Below, piece by piece: positions 61,274 to 64,000 of a DNA stretch of 64,000 nt (position 1 is its first letter; each line of letters starts with the position of its first letter). Location: the NCBI RefSeq assembly GCF_047638095.1, contig NZ_JBLJBW010000003.1, positions 15,899-79,898 on the forward strand, given 5' to 3'. The notes under the pieces were generated by a model. That model did not search any database. It saw nothing but the letters and a program-made list of their open reading frames with translations, and had not been told where the DNA came from. The position numbers were made by a program, and so were the translations under genes. Source of the stretch: Azonexus sp. GTDB taxonomy: Bacteria > Pseudomonadota > Gammaproteobacteria > Burkholderiales > Rhodocyclaceae.

Positions 61274-62893
61274 TTACACCCGGAAACGTCCGACCAGATT
61301 CGCCAGGCTGTCTGCCAGGCGTTTGAGTTCGTGCACCGTGTGCGTGGTGCGGCCGACGGCGCTGTCGTTGTCGCGCGCCATGCCGGCAATGGCTTCGATG
61401 TTGCTTTCGACGTCGCCGGAGAAATGGTGCTGCTGCTCGGTGGCGGCGGCGATTTCATCGAGGCCGTGATCGACTTCGGCGACCGAACCGCTGGTCGATT
61501 CGAGGATGTTGGCGACGGCGGTGACGGCCGTCTGGCTGCTGTTCAGGTGGTGCACACCGGCTTCGATGCTGCGCCGCACGGAAACCGATTGGGCGTTGAG
61601 CGCCGCCGTGATGGTGTCGATTTCGCTCGCCGAGCGCGCCGATTTTTCGGCAAGTTTGCGCACTTCATCGGCCACCACGGCAAAACCGCGGCCTTGTTCG
61701 CCGGCGCGGGCGGCTTCGATGGCGGCGTTGAGGGCGAGCAGGTTGGTCTGGTCGGCGATGTCCTTGACTTCGCGCGTCATGGCGCTGATGGCGTCGGTGT
61801 TGTGTACAAAGTTTTCCACCGATTCGGCCATTTCCTTGACTGCCCGCTCGACCACCGACATTTCGCTGAGCAGGGTTTGCAGGTTACGGTTGCCTTCGTT
61901 GGCGCGATCCAGGCTTTCCTGCGATTGCTGCTGTACCCGCTCGGCGCTTTGGGCAATGGCGGAAATGCTGGCCACCAGTTGCTCGACCGAGGCGGCGGCA
62001 GCATTGGATTTTTCGTTTTGCTGGCGCGAACTGTCGGCAACCTGGTCGGCGCTTTCCGTGAGATTGGCAATACGCGTCGATACCTGGCCGGCGGCATCGC
62101 GCACCTGGCTGATCAATTGCTGAAAATTGGCCATCATGTCGTTGAATACTTCAGAAGCCTGGCCGACTTCGTCTTGCCCATTGACCGGTAGGCGCCGCGT
62201 CAAATCGCCGTCGCCGCGCGCAATGTCGCGCAAACCGCTGCGCAGATGTTCGAGCGGGGCGGTGACGAAATGGCGGGTGAGGAAATAAATGATGACCAGC
62301 AAAAGCCCCAGCGCGCCCAGCGCAGCGCCGGCAATTTTCAGGCGGAAAGCCGAGACTTCCGCTTCCACGGAATCGAGCGAGACTTTCATGCTGACCAGGC
62401 CCAGTACCGTGCCTTCGGGGGTTTGGTGGCAGAGGATGCAATCCTTGCCGAGGTAGTTTTTCGCGGCTGCGGTGGGGTTGATGACGCGCAAGAAAGCGTG
62501 CCCGTCTTCGTGATCCACGGCCATGTATGGTTTGCCGGTCTGCATGACCTGTGCTTCGAGCGCGTCGAGCTTGCGGCTGCCTTTAGTGTCTGGGCCATAG
62601 AGTTTGCTGACCGCTTCGCTGCGGGCGACGTGCAAATCCTTGATGATGGAGAGCTGCTTGATCTGGTCGAGGAAGACTTCCCGCTGGCCGACGGTGCCGG
62701 TGATCATCATGCCGGTGAGGCCGGCCATGGTCATTTCGTGGATGCTCTGGGCAAATTCCTGGGCTTGCTTGATCGAGGTGTCGCGGTTGACTTGTGTGGT
62801 CCAGACAATCGCACCGGCCCAGATCAGCGCCAGGGCAAACCAGATGGCGGCGGTCAGGCGAACCCAGATTTTCAAGTCGGAAAAACGAGACAT
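61274..62893 (-). CDS. Methyl-accepting chemotaxis protein with a periplasmic DUF3365/Tll0287-like domain carrying a CxxCH heme-c motif
   Basis: TM1, a periplasmic domain with CILCH (nt 62426-62440), TM2, HAMP, and the conserved MCP signalling hairpin (..[41 protein letters not shown]). Confidence 0.9.
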   Translation of the reverse strand: MSRFSDLKIWVRLTAAIWFALALIWAGAIVWTTQVNRDTSIKQAQEFAQSIHEMTMAGLTGMMITGTVGQREVFLDQIKQLSIIKDLHVARSEAVSKLYGPDTKGSRKLDALEAQVMQTGKPYMAVDHEDGHAFLRVINPTAAAKNYLGKDCILCHQTPEGTVLGLVSMKVSLDSVEAEVSAFRLKIAGAALGALGLLLVIIYFLTRHFVTAPLEHLRSGLRDIARGDGDLTRRLPVNGQDEVGQASEVFNDMMANFQQLISQVRDAAGQVSTRIANLTESADQVADSSRQQNEKSNAAAASVEQLVASISAIAQSAERVQQQSQESLDRANEGNRNLQTLLSEMSVVERAVKEMAESVENFVHNTDAISAMTREVKDIADQTNLLALNAAIEAARAGEQGRGFAVVADEVRKLAEKSARSASEIDTITAALNAQSVSVRRSIEAGVHHLNSSQTAVTAVANILESTSGSVAEVDHGLDEIAAATEQQHHFSGDVESNIEAIAGMARDNDSAVGRTTHTVHELKRLADSLANLVGRFRV

Positions 62894-63091
62894 TGTTATG
62901 GCCTTTGTATGATTTTTGGTAAGGCAGCGTTGGGCGAAAACGTCCTTGCTGGTTGAGCTCCCTATAAGATTGTGCCAGTCGGGAAGCAGGGTGCCAAGAG
63001 GAATGTCACTTATTCGCTTGTTTGCATTTGCCGACGTTTATGAACATTTTGTAACAGCGGCAGGGAGGCAGTCGACGGTACACTGCGCGCC

Positions 63092-64000
63092 ATGTTGCCG
63101 ATCAAACCCTTAATTTTCTCACTTTGTGCGTTCTTTTCCGGTGCCGCGCTGAGTGCTGATACGGACTACGCCGATCCTTTACGCACCGAGGAGGCCCTGC
63201 GTTTGCAGGGGGCTGCGCTGCTGGCGGGGCGTGTTGCCGAGCGCCCTTGTGCCGAAACCTTGCCGGTGACGCCTTTGAGCGCTGGCGATGCGGTGGACCT
63301 TGCCTTGTGTCGCCAGCCGCAAACGCGCGAAATCTGGGCGGCGGCGCGTTTTCAGGCGGCACAGTTGGGCGTGGCGCGTGCGGCCTGGTGGCCAGCGCTC
63401 GATGCGCACGCAACGAGTAGCCGCAATCGCCGGGAAGGGCAGAGCAGTACGCAGCACAATCTGGCGCTTTCTTTATCTTGGCTTTTGTTTGATGGCGGTT
63501 CGCGCCAGGCCAGCGAAAATAGCGCGCAAGCCTTGCTCGATGTGGCGCTGGCCAATCGTGACAGCAGTGTTCAGACGGTGTTTCTCGCGGCATTGCAGGC
63601 CTATTACACGGCCCAGGCGACGCAAGCAGCGGTGTTGGCGGCGCAGGAGAGTGAGCGCGCGGCGCAGGAAAGCCTGGCGGCGGCGCAGCTACGCTATACG
63701 GTGGGGAGTGGTACGCCGGCCGAGCGCCTGCAAGCGCAAACGGCGGCTTCGCAGGCGCGCTTGAACCGCCAGCGCGCCGAGGGCGAGGCGCGCAATGCGC
63801 AAGGGGCTTTGGCCAATGCCTTGGGTTTTTCGGCGACGACCGTTTTTGCTTTGGCCGAACCGGCGGCTGTCGATGGTGTGGCCGACTTTCGGCAAGATGT
63901 GGATAGTTTGATACGCAGTGCGCTGGAACAGCGCCCCGATCTGCGCGCCGCCCAGGCCCAGTTGCGGGCTGCTGAAGCCAATATCGATGCGGCGCGGGCA
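63092..64000 (+). CDS. TolC-family outer-membrane efflux protein, N-terminal 303 codons (3' end beyond the window)
   Basis: ATG at 63092, signal peptide MLPIKPLIFSLCAFFSGAALSA, then OEP-repeat features (..AWWPALDA.., ..AQLRYTVGSGT..). The frame is open to the window end and is not in the supplied ORF track because it has no stop. Confidence 0.8.
   Translation, partial: MLPIKPLIFSLCAFFSGAALSADTDYADPLRTEEALRLQGAALLAGRVAERPCAETLPVTPLSAGDAVDLALCRQPQTREIWAAARFQAAQLGVARAAWWPALDAHATSSRNRREGQSSTQHNLALSLSWLLFDGGSRQASENSAQALLDVALANRDSSVQTVFLAALQAYYTAQATQAAVLAAQESERAAQESLAAAQLRYTVGSGTPAERLQAQTAASQARLNRQRAEGEARNAQGALANALGFSATTVFALAEPAAVDGVADFRQDVDSLIRSALEQRPDLRAAQAQLRAAEANIDAARA

Noticed and set aside
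62954-62985. tgagctccc... upstream of the TolC-family gene considered as a solo copy of the IS terminus seen at 53929/54090
   Set aside because: Identity is limited to a 9-mer. A chance occurrence of a given 9-mer in 2 x 64 kb is roughly 0.5 expected, and the similarity does not extend.

Overview
This is a high-GC chromosomal segment; gene content and synteny look betaproteobacterial (Rhodocyclales/Nitrosomonadales-like), a guess made from memory without any search. About 95% of it is ordinary, tightly packed core genome. From left to right it holds the 3' end of a CusA/CzcA-type RND metal pump with small periplasmic metal-handling genes, an orphan ParA-like ATPase, and argD-argF-argG. Next come ppnP, yajQ, a thiolase, dapA-bamC, rlmD, aroC and leuC-(lipoprotein)-leuD-leuB-asd. 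A classic block follows: fimV-truA-trpF-trpB-trpA-accD-folC-SPOR(dedD-like)-cvpA-purF-metZ, continuing into an HD-GYP protein and an RhlE helicase. On the minus strand a coupled chain encodes a TPR protein, an L,D-transpeptidase, ppiA, ppiB, lpxH and recQ. The window ends with cysS, the grpE-dnaK-dnaJ heat-shock genes (two readable sigma-32 promoters), a Hanks kinase fused to a cNMP-binding domain, a heme-c-type chemoreceptor, and the 5' end of a TolC-family gene. I found no rRNA, tRNA, CRISPR array or recognisable riboswitch. I cannot point to a convincing intact novel multi-gene system. The most unusual DNA is a ~1.3 kb lower-GC scar between cysS and an orphan ABC substrate-binding gene (53316-54588). 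It holds the decapitated N-terminus of an MmeI-family restriction-modification enzyme, two 79/80-identical head-to-tail copies of an IS3-family left end, an orphan ORF fragment and degenerate palindromic copies of the IS-terminus motif; it looks like the wreck of a defence or mobile island. Secondary candidates are the orphan ParA next to a strongly promoted small lower-GC ORF (3826-4952), a lower-GC patch with an unexplained ~0.5 kb non-coding gap (9541-11024), and the kinase-cNMP / heme-MCP signalling pair (59800-62893). All family assignments come from reading the translations and from memory of those families; no database was queried.
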